From the human T2T-CHM13v2.0 reference genome, Homo sapiens: a DNA stretch of 64,000 nt. The translations under genes were made by a program, and so were the position numbers. The stretch is from NCBI RefSeq assembly GCF_009914755.1, contig NC_060926.1. One strand, 5' to 3'. Under the pieces are notes generated by a model, which saw only the letters and a list, made by a program, of their open reading frames with translations, ran no database searches and was not told where the DNA came from. This document shows, in pieces, positions 27,150 through 41,799 of the stretch (position 1 is its first letter; every line of letters begins with the position of its first letter).

Positions 27150-30070
27150 TTTTTTAATCTTCTGATTCAAAACACAAGCATTAACACATTTCATAGGTCC
27201 CTGAAAGTGTGCAGGCCTGAGGCATTGAGCCCCTGGATATGTTGGCCCTGCTTTGGGATATTATATAAAGGTAAGGGTGGAAAACATAGTTAATGAGAGA
27301 AGAGAGTTCTTCATGGAGCTGTAAAGCTGATGGCTCACAGAAAACCTGATCCAAGGAAGAAGAGGGAGGAGGAGAAGAGGAAGAAGAAAAGGAGATAGCA
27401 AAAAAGAAAGGAGGAAGGGAAGGGAGGAAGGAAGGTCCAGATTTTAATAAAATTCTAACCTAATGGAGGAAGTGCTGGGCGGGGTGGTCAAGAAACACAA
27501 ACACCTGCATCTGTACAGCTATGATGAGGAGTTAATGCAAACAATGTCTACTGCACACCTCTATCCACTCATCCATTCTTTTAATCACTCGTTCTTTTGT
27601 TTCTCCAGTTCACAACAGAACCCCACACATATGCAAAACCCTAGCAATTTAAAGATGCAGAAACTATCATCCCTTCCTTCTATGGGCCAAACACTTGAGT
27701 CAGGCAACCCCATCCATGCCTGGTTTATTTCATTACTTTCTCAAGAATGTTAATGCAAGATTGCTGGGATGACCACACTTAATTAAAGCAACATGACCAA
27801 GAAGAAATCCCCAGGATCCACGTGGAAGTGCAGCGAAAGCTTCAGATATTCCCCCTGTAATTATAAGTTGTGTGGCCTGACAGCTGCTCCCAAGAGAGGC
27901 TTTTTGTAAATTATTTTTATTATTATTTTTTTAGAAATCTGGCATGAAAGGATTGGTTATAAAGGCGAATCCTTGCTGGTAGAAATCTTGAGTGGACTGT
28001 CTCCACCCCGTAGCTGTCCAGACATAGAGATGAGGTTGAAAAGAGAGCAGAGAACTAAACAGAGACCACCCCACATAATGGAAGTCAAAACCAGTGGAAA
28101 TAAAAATTTGCCTTTTCATGAGCACTTTGTTAGAAGAGGAAGTGAAGAGAAAAGTAGTATTCAGAAGTTGCATTTAAGCTGAGTAATTAGAAATACAGTA
28201 CCACCATTCAATGCACAAAAGAGCAGGGAGTTTGGATGTGAAAATTAAACATTTTGAATGTGAAAGTTTCAGTAAACAAAAGATTAATTACTATATGCAT
28301 CGACTTTTGCATTAAAAAACAGCCGCCAGGCCTGCATGCTTCTCTGTGATTTCCTGTGTAAAGGATAACTCTAAACTATGAGTTTTCCATAATGAGATTT
28401 TTTTAATATGAGGAAATGTATGCAAAATATATGCAGGTGGTAACATTTCATAACTAAGATGCCTTGCCAGGCAACATGCTAGAAATCACTGAAACTCAAG
28501 AAAACGTGTTCGAATCTAAATTCACATTTGGTGAATACTTTGCTTGTTCAACACACTTTATAAATACTAACTAATGCTCCTGAAATTGATGTAATGTATT
28601 ATTTCATCCATTATAGAAGCAGAGAAACTCATCTAAAGAGACCCAAATGCATCAGAGAAGGAACATGGCCGAATGGGGCCTGGAAATCTCAAGTTCTCAG
28701 AAGCCATCCTCTCACTGACGAGGTCACTGGGAAAGGACCAAACAGACCATTGCAGTTTTGTGATCCCCAAACCAGAGCCGCACCTGGGCTGGGGTGGGCC
28801 CTCAATGAATGTATAAGGAAGGGAGGGTGGGAGGCAAGAGGCAAATAAGGGAGGGAGGAAAGGAAGGAGGCAGGAAGAAATGAAGTGGAATGGGATGGTA
28901 GAACAGACAGGTTTGGGGGTGTCATGGTAAACCCCTCAAGAAGTTATTCCAAGGTCTTTTCCAGGGCAAAGTGATACCGAATAGTGTAGCTTTATTAGCT
29001 TGATGGTGAGTATTAAAGGATTTATTGTATGTTTTCTAGAAATCTTGAAAAAATATAAATTTCTATGCAACAAAAAGGCTATTGATTCACCAGATCTTCA
29101 AATCTTGTCTTTCTCTATCTTCATTGAAGTAAGTCTTTATCCACTTCTGCCTTTTAAAATGAGTCGATTTTCGGCCTAAGTTTCTCCTCTCTTCTGGACT
29201 GTGAAGGCTCCTAGGTCTTTCTCAGAGCCCTGGTCACTCCCAGTGGGATTACCATCTCCGGCACTGACAGGTGTCTGCCCTGACCTCCGTATACACGCAC
29301 AGACATGGATTAATATCAATGCAGAGAGAACGCACGTGCATCATGTGCTGTTCATTCAACTGAGAAGTGAAGGATGGCATCCCCATCACATTCCCAGAGT
29401 GCCTGATCCATTACAGAGCATCTATAAATAGCCATCGAGAGAGAATTTGGCATTGGAGAGCACAGCATTCACCCCCCAAACATGCACAGCTGGCAATAAG
29501 GCCCAACACCATGGCAGGTGGAATACCGGAGGCTCCCATCAGGCTGTGGTGTGCAACTGTGAGAGCTTCCACCAGTGGGGAACTGGACAGACACCACGAG
29601 TATAATGCCTAAGACTCTGGAGAGGTTCTGGGGAAGTGGTCATCACAAGGATAATGGAATTGAATGGCCGTTGCTAAGTGGCATCATTTATTGGAGAAAG
29701 ACAATGAAAGCCTGAGAGTTATTAATCACCAACCTCAGGTGAAGCGTGTGAGTCAGAAAACCTTCCTGGCAGCAGGTAAGTAGGTAGGCTCACATCTCCT
29801 TCAGCCAGATGGCAGGAAAAGCTGAAGAGCTGGCTTAGGCTTGAATTACAAGGGCAGAAGAGCTCCAGAGATGGCTGAACTTTCAGCCCTGACAAGTCTG
29901 CCATGCCAGCTGAGGACCTGGTTGTAAAGGAGTGGGACTCTAATATTTGGGATGGGGACATCCGGGTCAACATCCCCCCAAAAACTGTGAGAACACTCTG
30001 GCCTTGCAGAAGGGTCTCTCTCCTCCTTGTTAAAGGCTAGTGCTCCCCCCACTTGAAAAATGCTGCAAGG

Positions 30071-30557
30071 CAGGGGTCCCCAACCCCTGGACCATGAACC
30101 AGTATCCATCCATGGCCTGTTAGGAACCAGGCCACATAGCAGGAGGTGAGCAGCGGGCAAGTGAGCATCACCACCTGAGCTCCGCCTCCTGCCAGATCAG
30201 CAGCAGCATTAGGTTCTCATAGGAGCACGAACTCTGTTGTGAGCCGCACAGGCAAAGGATCTAGGTCACATGCTCCTTATGAGAATCTAATGCCTGATGA
30301 TCTGTCACTGTCTCCCATCACCCCCAGATGGGACCATCTAGTTGCAGGAAAACAAGCTCAGGGCTCCCACTTATTCTACACGATGGTGAGTTGCATAATT
30401 ATTTTATTATATATTACAATGTAATAATAATAGAAATAAATTGTACAATAAAGGTAATGTGCTTGAGTCATCCTGAAACCACCCCCCACCCCCAGTCTAT
30501 GGAAAAACTGTCTTCCACAAAACCAGTTCCTGGTGCCAGAAAGACTGGGGACCCCTG
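30071..30557 (+). mobile_element. MER1A (hAT-Charlie) inserted in the ERVL gag remnant
   Basis: Perfect 12-bp TIR CAGGGGTCCCCA/TGGGGACCCCTG; internal TATGAGAATCTAATGCCTGATGATCTG; degenerate 8-bp TSD CTGCAAGG/CTGCAGAA. Confidence 0.92.
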
Positions 30558-31528
30558 CTGCAGAAGCTCTGCCCCACAAGACAATGTGGGCATCTCCCTG
30601 ATGCATGCACCCCTGGGCCTCTGCCCCCACTTCCCCTCCCGCTAACCGGGCTGATCATGAGGTTCAGGTCACAGCAGTACATAGATGGGGAAGTGCAGGA
30701 AGTGCCTGCTACAGGAAGAAAGGCCCCCAGAGAAGCTGCAAGACCTCATGGAGAGGCATGGGCAGAAACCAGGAGAATGTGTGGGGCTGGGTTCTGAGGG
30801 TACAAGACTAAGACGGTCAGAACCTAAGCTTGGAATAGGGAGAGTTTATCAGTGTGGGCCTGCCCTTCCATGATCCAGGGTTGTAAACTCTGGCAAGGCC
30901 CCTAAGCAGTGCTAACGTGCTCTAGGAGGGCTCCTAGGAGCCTGAAGGAAGCAAAGGTCCATACTAAGTTAAGCAGAAATGCCTGGGCCGCCCTCCTGCC
31001 CATGAAGGAAGGGACAGAAAGGCTCAGAGGAGTATGCCCTCTAGAGCAGGTCCAGCACATCAGCTCGGAAAGCCAGCCACGCCCTTCAACCAGAGAACAT
31101 GCCAGTTACCAGCTAGATAAAGAACGCACTCCTGAGAGGGAGCCTGCGGAAACAAGCGGGGCGGCTATGCTGTTGTTACAGAATTGGACTCTTGAATGCA
31201 AAGGAGGCCAATGGAATCCCACAACAACAGAAGCTAGTGTGTCATTTGGCAGGGAGCAAGGTAGGCACAGTGACACAGGGCATCAAGCCCAGAGTGGCAG
31301 CTGGAGCACCTGACCCCATCTGCAAAGGGTAGATATATAGCAGGAGAAAAGGGCACCTCTCAATCCACACACCCTTAGCAAAAGCTTTTCTCAAGGGAAA
31401 CTAGTCAAGAGGCTTCAGGAAAATGACCAATAGAAAGCTACATTTCAGCCCTGGAGCTGAGCTCATTTTCAGACCTGGAACCCACTGACTGAGGGAGAGG
31501 GTGAGCCCCGGGAGGAAGGACCCTCCAA

Positions 31529-31595
31529 CATCACAGCAGTGTCTATACAAACATTCTCCCCCATCACAGCAGTGTCTGTACAAACATTCTCCCCC
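31529..31595. repeat. 33-bp tandem duplication
   Basis: CATCACAGCAGTGTCT(A/G)TACAAACATTCTCCCC x2, one mismatch. Confidence 0.93.
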
Positions 31596-32602
31596 AGATC
31601 GTCCACAAAGAGACACATGCCATGTGAGGACCACTGGGCACAGGATCTGAGGCGACACTGGTACCTAGGGACCTAGGCCTGGTCCTGAACCCTCTGTTAG
31701 AGTGGAGGTGTGCAGGGGCCGGTTTTGAAGGAAGAGGTAACCAAACCCAGCTCACAGTGACTCCCCTGGGTCCATAGACCCAACCAGGAGCCCTTTCCCC
31801 AGCCTCCAAATGTAGAATTCAAACTGACTTTTGAAATTGGTAAAACTGCCACATTAGTTCCTAGGAGTCGGTGGTAGGAACTACCACCATGGGGAAGTTC
31901 AAGTGGAGGCCCCCCACTCCCAGACACACACATCAATGCAGGAAATCAAAAATAATATCACATCCCAGAGGAAATGCCAGAGATTAAACACCTAGAGGAT
32001 GCGAGGGCTGCACCCAGCACACCCCTATTTAATTCACGTCTGGCCCTAGAAAATCCCGACAGACCCTAGAGGATGACAATGGACATCTGCAACTCGATCA
32101 GGCAGTTGCTGTTTGTAACTGGTGGGGAGCAGCTTTCCTGGTGCAGGTGAGCTTGGTGGCCTGTGGCCCAGGAATGCAGCCCATACCGGGTGAATGCATT
32201 CTTTTCCACTCTTATTAGGAAGGAGAACCAGAACAGGCTGCGTTCATGTGGGACACCTGGCAGGCTGCTTGGGAGAAGAAAGCAAGATCAGAAGATTGAA
32301 GCGAGCTCATGGGAGCAGCACATCATGGGTGCTGGGCATGGGTGCAGAGCGTGTTCACACCCGCCAGAGCGCAAGCACCACTGGGAAGAACTAAGCATCC
32401 AAGTGTGCAACTGGCCAGCTGCTGCCAGCCCCTATCACTGCCACCATGGTGCTGACACAACAGGCAATTTGTTGACTAGAATCAAATCATCATTCACTTA
32501 CAGCCTGACCTTTCCTGCCCAAGGGCTTCAGCCAGCTCCAATGCCCAAGGGCCCATGGCATGTTTGATTTGCCAGCACATGATCCCACAAAACATTGCAT
32601 CA

Positions 32603-33081
<479 letters not shown>

Positions 33082-34229
33082 CGTAGCTGAAACACCAGCT
33101 TGGAGCTGATCCACTGCAAAGATGGCACACGGCAAAATCAATGATCATCAAATAGTACTGTGTCCCCAGCAGGTAGAACACGTGGATTCCGAAACAATGG
33201 GCTGGATGCAGGTGTGACCACACCATTACTCCCACTCCAGGAATCTGTGCTCCCAAAAGGGGCCCATGTCTGCACTTTGGGCCCCTTGCAGCAAGCATCC
33301 AGTAGGCAAGGAAAGGAACTGCCAACCTGGGGAATCGCAGGGGGATTCTCAGGAGGATGAAGCTACTGCACAATGAAGCTACTGACTCCATTCGGCACTC
33401 AGGAGATCCATCAAGGTGTCGCCTTGGACTCTTTCATCCATATTTGATGGTGAATGGACAAGAGCAGCAGCCAAAGCCAAAGGAGGACGTGACGACCAAG
33501 GGCTCGGGCTCTCAGGCATGGAAGTCTGGACCACCCAACCAGGTAGGCCACCTAGAAATCGAGGTTAGAGATGGAGAATTGTCAGCACAGAGGCAGTGGT
33601 TGACATGGGGAGAGATTACAGGAGCCTCAGAACACAGTGAGGAGACGCTGGCACGGAGGATCAGTAGGAAGAGGCGATCGCATTGATCAAGCTAATAAGA
33701 GTCCGAAACAAGCAATGCTGTTGTGGGAATGGCCCAGCCTATCACACCATCAACATCAATAACAACAAAAAAGTTAACGACCCACAGGACTTGCAATCGT
33801 GAATGAAGAAGTGTGATGCTGCTTTGTCTCTGTCAATGTTTACGCGACTGGACAAATTCACTCATTCCTTGATTATCATTCATCTCTTCGTATTGTGCTT
33901 TGCTGCCTTCTCCCCTCAATGATAAAAGAGGATAAAATTCAGTTAATACGTGCATTTTCATTACAAGACAACTAAAGAAATTACCCTTATTTTACTTGAT
34001 ATGTTTTTACACTCTGAGGAATTGGGATAATTTGGGAAAAGTGGCAATTGTGGGAGGTCCCACACCTGCCTGCTCTCTGCTCTAGCACCTTTGGGGAAGC
34101 ACATCTGTCCCCAAGAACTGCCCACGTGCATTGAGCCTGCAGGCAGCCCTCCAGCCAGCGGGAGACAGTTCTGCTTTAGAGACCCACACATTTGCAAAGG
34201 AAACCACATCAACTCCCTTTGCTCACCAA

Positions 34230-35000
34230 CATAGTTCTTCATTCATAGATTCAACCCAAAACCATCAGGTATTTGAAGAAAATAAGTAAATAAATTGTTA
34301 GAAGTCTAGATAAAGAAACAGGACAACTGACCCTGGTGAAAAGAGGAATAATTATTGGACAGAAAACAACTTTAAAAAGATGTAACTGGCATGGTCAGAG
34401 AGACTGGCTATGCTGTTATAGCCATCCCCAAAGAACTCACTGCTTGGGGAAAGGAGGAAGCAGAGAACAAGAAAGTACCTTGGCAATTTAGAATCTATTT
34501 GTGAATATTAAACATTCAGTATACAGGTTAATTAAAATTTGAACACAGCTAAAGACCAAGTTACTAAAGACCAATAGCACAAGCTGCAAAAGACAGAGAA
34601 AGAAAATATGAAAGGAAAATGAAAATGTAGAGAAGCTAAACCCAGAAGGTTCAATATCACCTAATCTATCTCCAGAAGCAGATAACAAAGTGCCAGGAAG
34701 GATGAGTTAAAGGGCGTTTAAAAAAGACCTACATATGTCCTGTTAATATTTCAGAACCCCAAGGCTAAAATAACAACTGCAAATACTTCTAGAAGGAAAA
34801 AAGAAACCTATAAAGAATAAGAAGTAACTCGGCCTCAGATTTATCAGTAGAATGTAATATTAGAAGACAAAGGAATAAAGCATTCAAAAATTATAAGGGA
34901 AAATTATTTTGAAACTAAAATTACATTCCAAACTATCAATCAAGTGGGGCAGTGGAAAATAAAGATATTTTAAGAGTTGTAAGACTCAGAAAGTTTTACT
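34230..35000 (+). mobile_element. Very old L1M ORF1-region fragment
   Basis: A-rich sense sequence with L1 ORF1 end-like CTCAGATTT..AGAAGACAA.GGA..CATTCAAAA..CCAAACTATCAATCAAGT. Confidence 0.5.
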
Positions 35001-35029
35001 TCCCTTTCTGGAAAAAAAAAAAAAATCAC

Positions 35030-35170
35030 AGAGCAGTAAATACTCACCAGGTACTTTTCTTAGCACTTTTCATGTATTAAAACTCCTTGAATCTTCACAT
35101 CAACACTATGGCATTATTAATATCCTAATTTTACAGATGAGAAAATGTGGCACAGAGAGGGTTACACTCT
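35030..35170 (-). mobile_element. MIR SINE
   Basis: AATCTTCACATCAACACTATG..TTTTACAGATGAGAAAA..GGCACAGAGAGG. Confidence 0.75.
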
Positions 35171-35580
35171 GTCAAAATGAAGAAGAAGCTCAAGGAAAAC
35201 GATGCTATGCAATTTAACTCATGGTGAACCACGGAGGAGATCAATGATAAGAAATCTGAGATTGACAGCTATACCCTGTGCCTAGAAAGCAAGTGACCAA
35301 CTAGAAGAGAAAGTAGGAGGGATTGGAGAAAAAGGCCTTCAAGACAGAAGTGAATCCAATTACATATATTATTTGATTAAGAACCTGGAAAGTCTAAAAG
35401 ATGCGTATGTCTCTTCTCTCAGTGGTTAGAAAAAACAAACAAACAAACAGGAAGCAAGAAATACCAAGGTGGGGGGTAGAGGAGATAGCTCCATAAAACA
35501 TGCATGGACCAAATATGAAGCAGATTTAAAGGTGGCCTAGTTTTGAGGAATGGTTGTAGTTTTAAGAAAAGTAAAAATAC

Positions 35581-35923
<343 letters not shown>

Positions 35924-36194
35924 TCAAATGGCACTGTTCAGTGACATAAAAGTACTTTTGTTTTGCAGTGAAAATTTTTAAATAATCATAATAAAAGAAA
36001 TGCTATATTTTAACTTTTTATTTTTATCATAGATTTTAGAAGCGTAGAAAGTTTAATTATAGTTACTGTAAAACATACACATATTTTAAATCTTAATGAT
36101 GTAAAAATAATGGCATAGCCAGCCAAAAAGGAAAGAGAGGTAGGATGTATAGGGATGCTAATTTTCTCACCAACAGATAACATCTACAGTTGAT

Positions 36195-36590
36195 GGAACT
36201 ACAACACCAAAGGTACAATCCATTAAAGAAATAATTAATAAGGTAGACTTCATTAAAATTTTAAAAACTCTTGTTCTGCAAAAGATACTGTCAAGACAAT
36301 GAGAAGACAAATCAGTCTTGGGAAAAAACACATCTGCAAAAGACATGTCTGATAAAGGACTGTTATCCAAAATATACAAAGAACTCTTAAAACTCAACAA
36401 GAAAGCAAGCAGCCCAGTTGAAAAACAGATAAAAGATGTGGACACTTCACCAAAGAAGATATACAGCTGGTAAGTAAGCATATAACATCACGCGTCACTA
36501 GGGAATTCCAAATTAAAACAATGAGATACCCGTCGTAATAGGTAATAACAATAATGTCCACTATTAGAATGGTGCAGATCTAAAGCTGAA
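36195..36590 (+). mobile_element. L1M ORF2 3' fragment
   Basis: GACTTCATTAAAATT, TCTGATAAAGGACTGTTATCCAAAATATACAAAGAACTC, CACTTCACCAAAGAAGATATAC, ATTAAAACAATGAGATAC. Confidence 0.8.
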
Positions 36591-37917
36591 GGGTCAAGAA
36601 ATAGAGAAGCATATTACTTAAAGTTTACAGATAGATTTCACAATAAATATAATCAGCAAGAATCAACATATGAAAGAGAGATGGTAGAGTACGGAAGGGC
36701 CCTACACTCTTTATCTTTCCTAGTGAGGAGTTAATATACACTTTCCAAAGCTGATTGATCAAGAATAAGGTAAAAATAATTTGAGATGAAGTTATGATGA
36801 TAATGTCTAAAACAATTGAAAGCAAAAGTACTTATCTTTGGGGCATGGGTGTCCAAGAATGGGGAGATGTCTAGAAAGAGACTTATTTTGTATCCTTCTG
36901 TGCTGCTTGGATTTTTTTTAATAGTGTGCATGTAGTGTTTTTATAATTTAAAAAGCAATTTTTAATCATCAGTAATTTTTCTGTTAGGGAAGAAAACAGC
37001 TGAAGCATGAAGTTTATGGAAATTTTTTCTAGAAGCTTAATAGATGTCAATAACAAAGCATTGCTGAAAATAATGAATTTTTGAATTATGAAATGTCTTT
37101 AAGTTTTTCTCAAATTGCAAATCTCCCTGAGGGTGTTCCTCCAAGTCCTACTTATCAGACATACTACTAAGTTTAAATTATAAAATTCTTACCTGTAATT
37201 GAAGCCAGCTGCAACCTTTTTGACAAGGACTAATTGCCGATAATGATTTAAGTGCTGCAAATTCACATGCCACAATTGTTTTAAATAGGGGAACCTCTCA
37301 CAGCTTTCTCTGAAAAGAACTGTTAATCTTTGCTGCTGACTTATCAAATCCTTCAGTCACCTGTTTGCCATCATTTTCACGAGCTGATAACGTGTTTATT
37401 CGAGTCCTAATGTGCAGGTGGAGGAATAAAGGTCTCATTTGATGGCACTGGAATTTCATCTAACATTTCCACATGGAAAGAGCTGGCACAAGCCTCAGGT
37501 TTGGCTTAGCAGAGAAAGACAATAAAGGCATGTATTTTTTTTTTAATTTGAAGCAAATGAAAAGTGAGCATTTATTTAATGTCAATAACTTTAGATGACA
37601 GAGCTGGGTAAAAGCCATGACCTGTAATGTCTCTTTAGCCTGCTGCAAATCAAGGATCCCTGGTGCTGAACAACAGCCAGGGGGCTGCTACTGGGGATGG
37701 CTCCTCCTCGCCCTGCCTCCCTGTCTCCTTTCACTGCATCTGATCTTTTCTTCTCTTCCTCAGCATTGTATCAGTTCCCCTTGGCTGCTCATTGCTGGTT
37801 TTGGAGGCACTAAATTGTTACAACCTCTGCTTGTTGGGTAAGGAGGAGTTTGGCAGCATATATTCAAAAGTTAACACAACCTTTCTCTTTGCAATTCTAC
37901 CACTAAGGATTTATCTA

Positions 37918-38982
<1,065 letters not shown>

Positions 38983-39165
38983 CTTACAAAGGTATGACCT
39001 TTAGCCAATTGCTTAAGCACTGTCAGGCTCAAATTCCTCCTCTGTCAAATGGGAACAACAGCACCTAGCTCACCTGATCACTGGGGAATTAAAAGGTCTC
39101 AGGAACACAAAACACTCCACATAGTGCCTGGTCTGTTGTCAATATTTGATAAATGCCACTTAATG
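38983..39165 (+). mobile_element. MIR SINE
   Basis: TGACCTT..GCTTAAG..CTCAAATTCCTCCTCTGTCAAATGGGA core, AGTGCCTGG..ATAAATG end. Confidence 0.7.
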
Positions 39166-39947
39166 ATAATAGTGATTATAATAAGGCTAGCAGTAATATT
39201 AAACCATAACAATCATGTTGAAGGGGAAGATGGACTGAGGGAAAGAAATATCCCTGTGGGAATTCAAGTCAGGAAACAAAAAAGTAGCTGTTCTTGAGCT
39301 CGTTCAAGTAATACATGCAAAATAAAAGACAAATTATCAAAGTAAAAGGTTAATGGGGATTATTCCTGAGTGGTAGAATTATGCTGATTTTCTTTTCTTT
39401 TGGATTCTCTGTATGTAAAACTTTCTACAAAGAAAGTATTTTACTTTACTAATTAAGAGATAATTTTTTTTTTAATTCCTCCCTTAGGTGACTGCAGTTC
39501 ACAGAATTTCAGAACCGGAAGACACTTTAAGTACCATCTACTCCAACCTCATCACTCTACTGATGAAGAACCAGAGCATCCAGAATGGAGTGCTGTCCCC
39601 ACTGGATCCTGCAGGGAAGGACCCCCAGAGCCCAGGGGTCCCCACAGCCTCACAATGTAATTGGAATTAGACTCAAGGCACAGTCATCTGGGCATCTCCA
39701 AGGACTAGATCTTGGTTCTCTCCTTTTATCCCAGATATGTGTCATAGTGCCTGGCACATGGTAGGATGGCAGTAAATATTTGTTGAATGAATACACATAT
39801 GAATATGAGTCACTTGTGCTCCCATAAGCGTTAGAAGACAAGCAAACAGCTCTGAAAGCAGCAGTTAGTCTCCTGGGGGTATCTGAGAAAGCTTCCTAGC
39901 AAGGAAATAGCAAAATCAGGTCCCAGAAGGTGAGTTCAAGTGAGTTC

Positions 39948-40554
39948 TGTCAGAAGCGTCTGAACCAGAGTGACTCCATCTTGAATACAGGCTGGGTAAA
40001 GTGAGGCTGAGACCTGCTGGGTTGCATTCCCAGAAGGTTAGGCATTCTAAGTCACAGGATGAGACAGAAGGGTGGCACAAGACACAAGTCACAAAGACCC
40101 CACTGATAAAACAGGATGTGGTAAAGAAGCTGGCCGAAACCCACCAAGACCAAGACAGTCATCCTCAATGCTCATTATATGCCATTATAAAGCATCGCAT
40201 GCTAAAAGACACTCCCACCAGTGCCATGACCATTTACAAATGCCATGGCAATGTCTGGAAGTTACCCTACATGGTCCAAAGGGAAGAGGAACCCTCAGTT
40301 TCAGGAAATCCCCACCACTTTCCAGGAAAACTCACCAACAATCCATTGTTTCCCATATGATCAAGAAATAACTATTAAAATCGCCAACCAGCAGCCCTCA
40401 GGGCTACTCTGTCTAGGGTACTCCATTCTTTTATTTCTTTGCTTCTCTGATAAACTGCTTTCACTTTACTCTGTGGACTTGCCCCAAATTATTTCTTGCA
40501 TAGGATCCAAGAACCCTCTCTTGGGGTCTAGATCAGGACCCCTTTCCGGTAACA
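39948..40554 (+). mobile_element. MER41B solo LTR (ERV1)
   Basis: TGTCAGAAGCGTCTGAACCAGAG...CCCCTTTCCGGTAACA; has the GGAACCCTCAG..GGAAAACTC insert; perfect 4-bp TSD GTTC. Confidence 0.9.
40320..40328. promoter_or_regulatory. STAT GAS motif in MER41B
   Basis: TTCCAGGAA matches TTCNNNGAA; the upstream partner site reads TTTCAGGAA (40299-40307, decayed). Confidence 0.6.
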
Positions 40555-41799
40555 GTTCCAGACCAAGCAAACAGCCATGGAATGAAAACACACTTGGAGT
40601 TTGGGGAAGAGGCTACCATCCTCATCTGGCAAAACCTAAGGTCTGTGCAGGAAAAGGTGCATGCAAAGAAGCAGGAAAGGAGAAGTGGCCAGAATGGACT
40701 TCCATTCTTTCATTTATTTCTAGGCCACCTTCCAGGCCAGCTGGTTATTTGTGAGAATGACATAAAATACATTGCTAATAGCTGAAAATGGTTTAATGTT
40801 TTTGTTTTTTTTCTGTGCAGGTAACATTTTCATTTTCACCCCCAGGGCCTCTCTGACTTCACCCCTCCTCAGGAGAGAATTGCAGGTAATTAGGGCTGTC
40901 AGCGGGAGGGATCTCAGGGTGGGATCAAATCACCTCCCCTGACAGCTGACTTCCCCACCTGCCAACAGCCCACCAGGGAGACCATAAAAGATAACCCCAC
41001 ACGCCCTGCCAGCAAGCACCCAACCCAGCCCAGTCCCACCCTCTCCAACAAACATGCTCCGGGGGACAATTTTATGATGGATTTTTTTCATTTAAAGCTA
41101 ATCACATTATCCATTTCATCTGCTCTTCTGTACCTCTTACAATTAAAGAGAGGTTGAAAGAGATTTAAAAAAAAATACAGCCACTGATTTCCCAAGACTT
41201 GATTTTTCACCTCTAGTCCCCGTTCGTAAGCGCTTAAGACGTTACACTTTGTTCTGCTGGAACCCATTATTTCCCTGGGAGACTCGATGTCTGCTTTGAT
41301 AGGAGCAATTTATCACCCTGGCGAAATCATGCTACTGTTTGGAAGGCAGGACCAGGATTTATGAATCCTTTTTTACTGAGAATGAATTTAATTCCCAGGG
41401 GTGGAAGTGGTATTAAAAGATTCAGCCTGCTGCACCTGTGGCATCTGAGAAGGTGGCTTCCAATATGAGTGGCACGTTCACCCCTGTCCTGTGCTATGAA
41501 AGCCTTCACCTTCCTAATGGAGGAACCTTGATGAGGGCATGAAATTCAATTCAGTTGGGTGTGAAACAATGGTTGTACTTAATAATGAATTCAAAGCAAT
41601 AGAATTGACTTGCACAGCATTTTTACTCTATTTTTAGAGTGTATGAGTTTTTAAACTATTATTTATTGAAGATACTTTTTCAAAATATCCATTTTTAAAA
41701 ATTTTTAAAGCACCAAGCCAAATTATTGATCTATTGGGGCCAATTCCTTCTTGCAATTTATAGTGTCCAGTTTCCTTCCATGTGTTATAGCCCAGGTAA

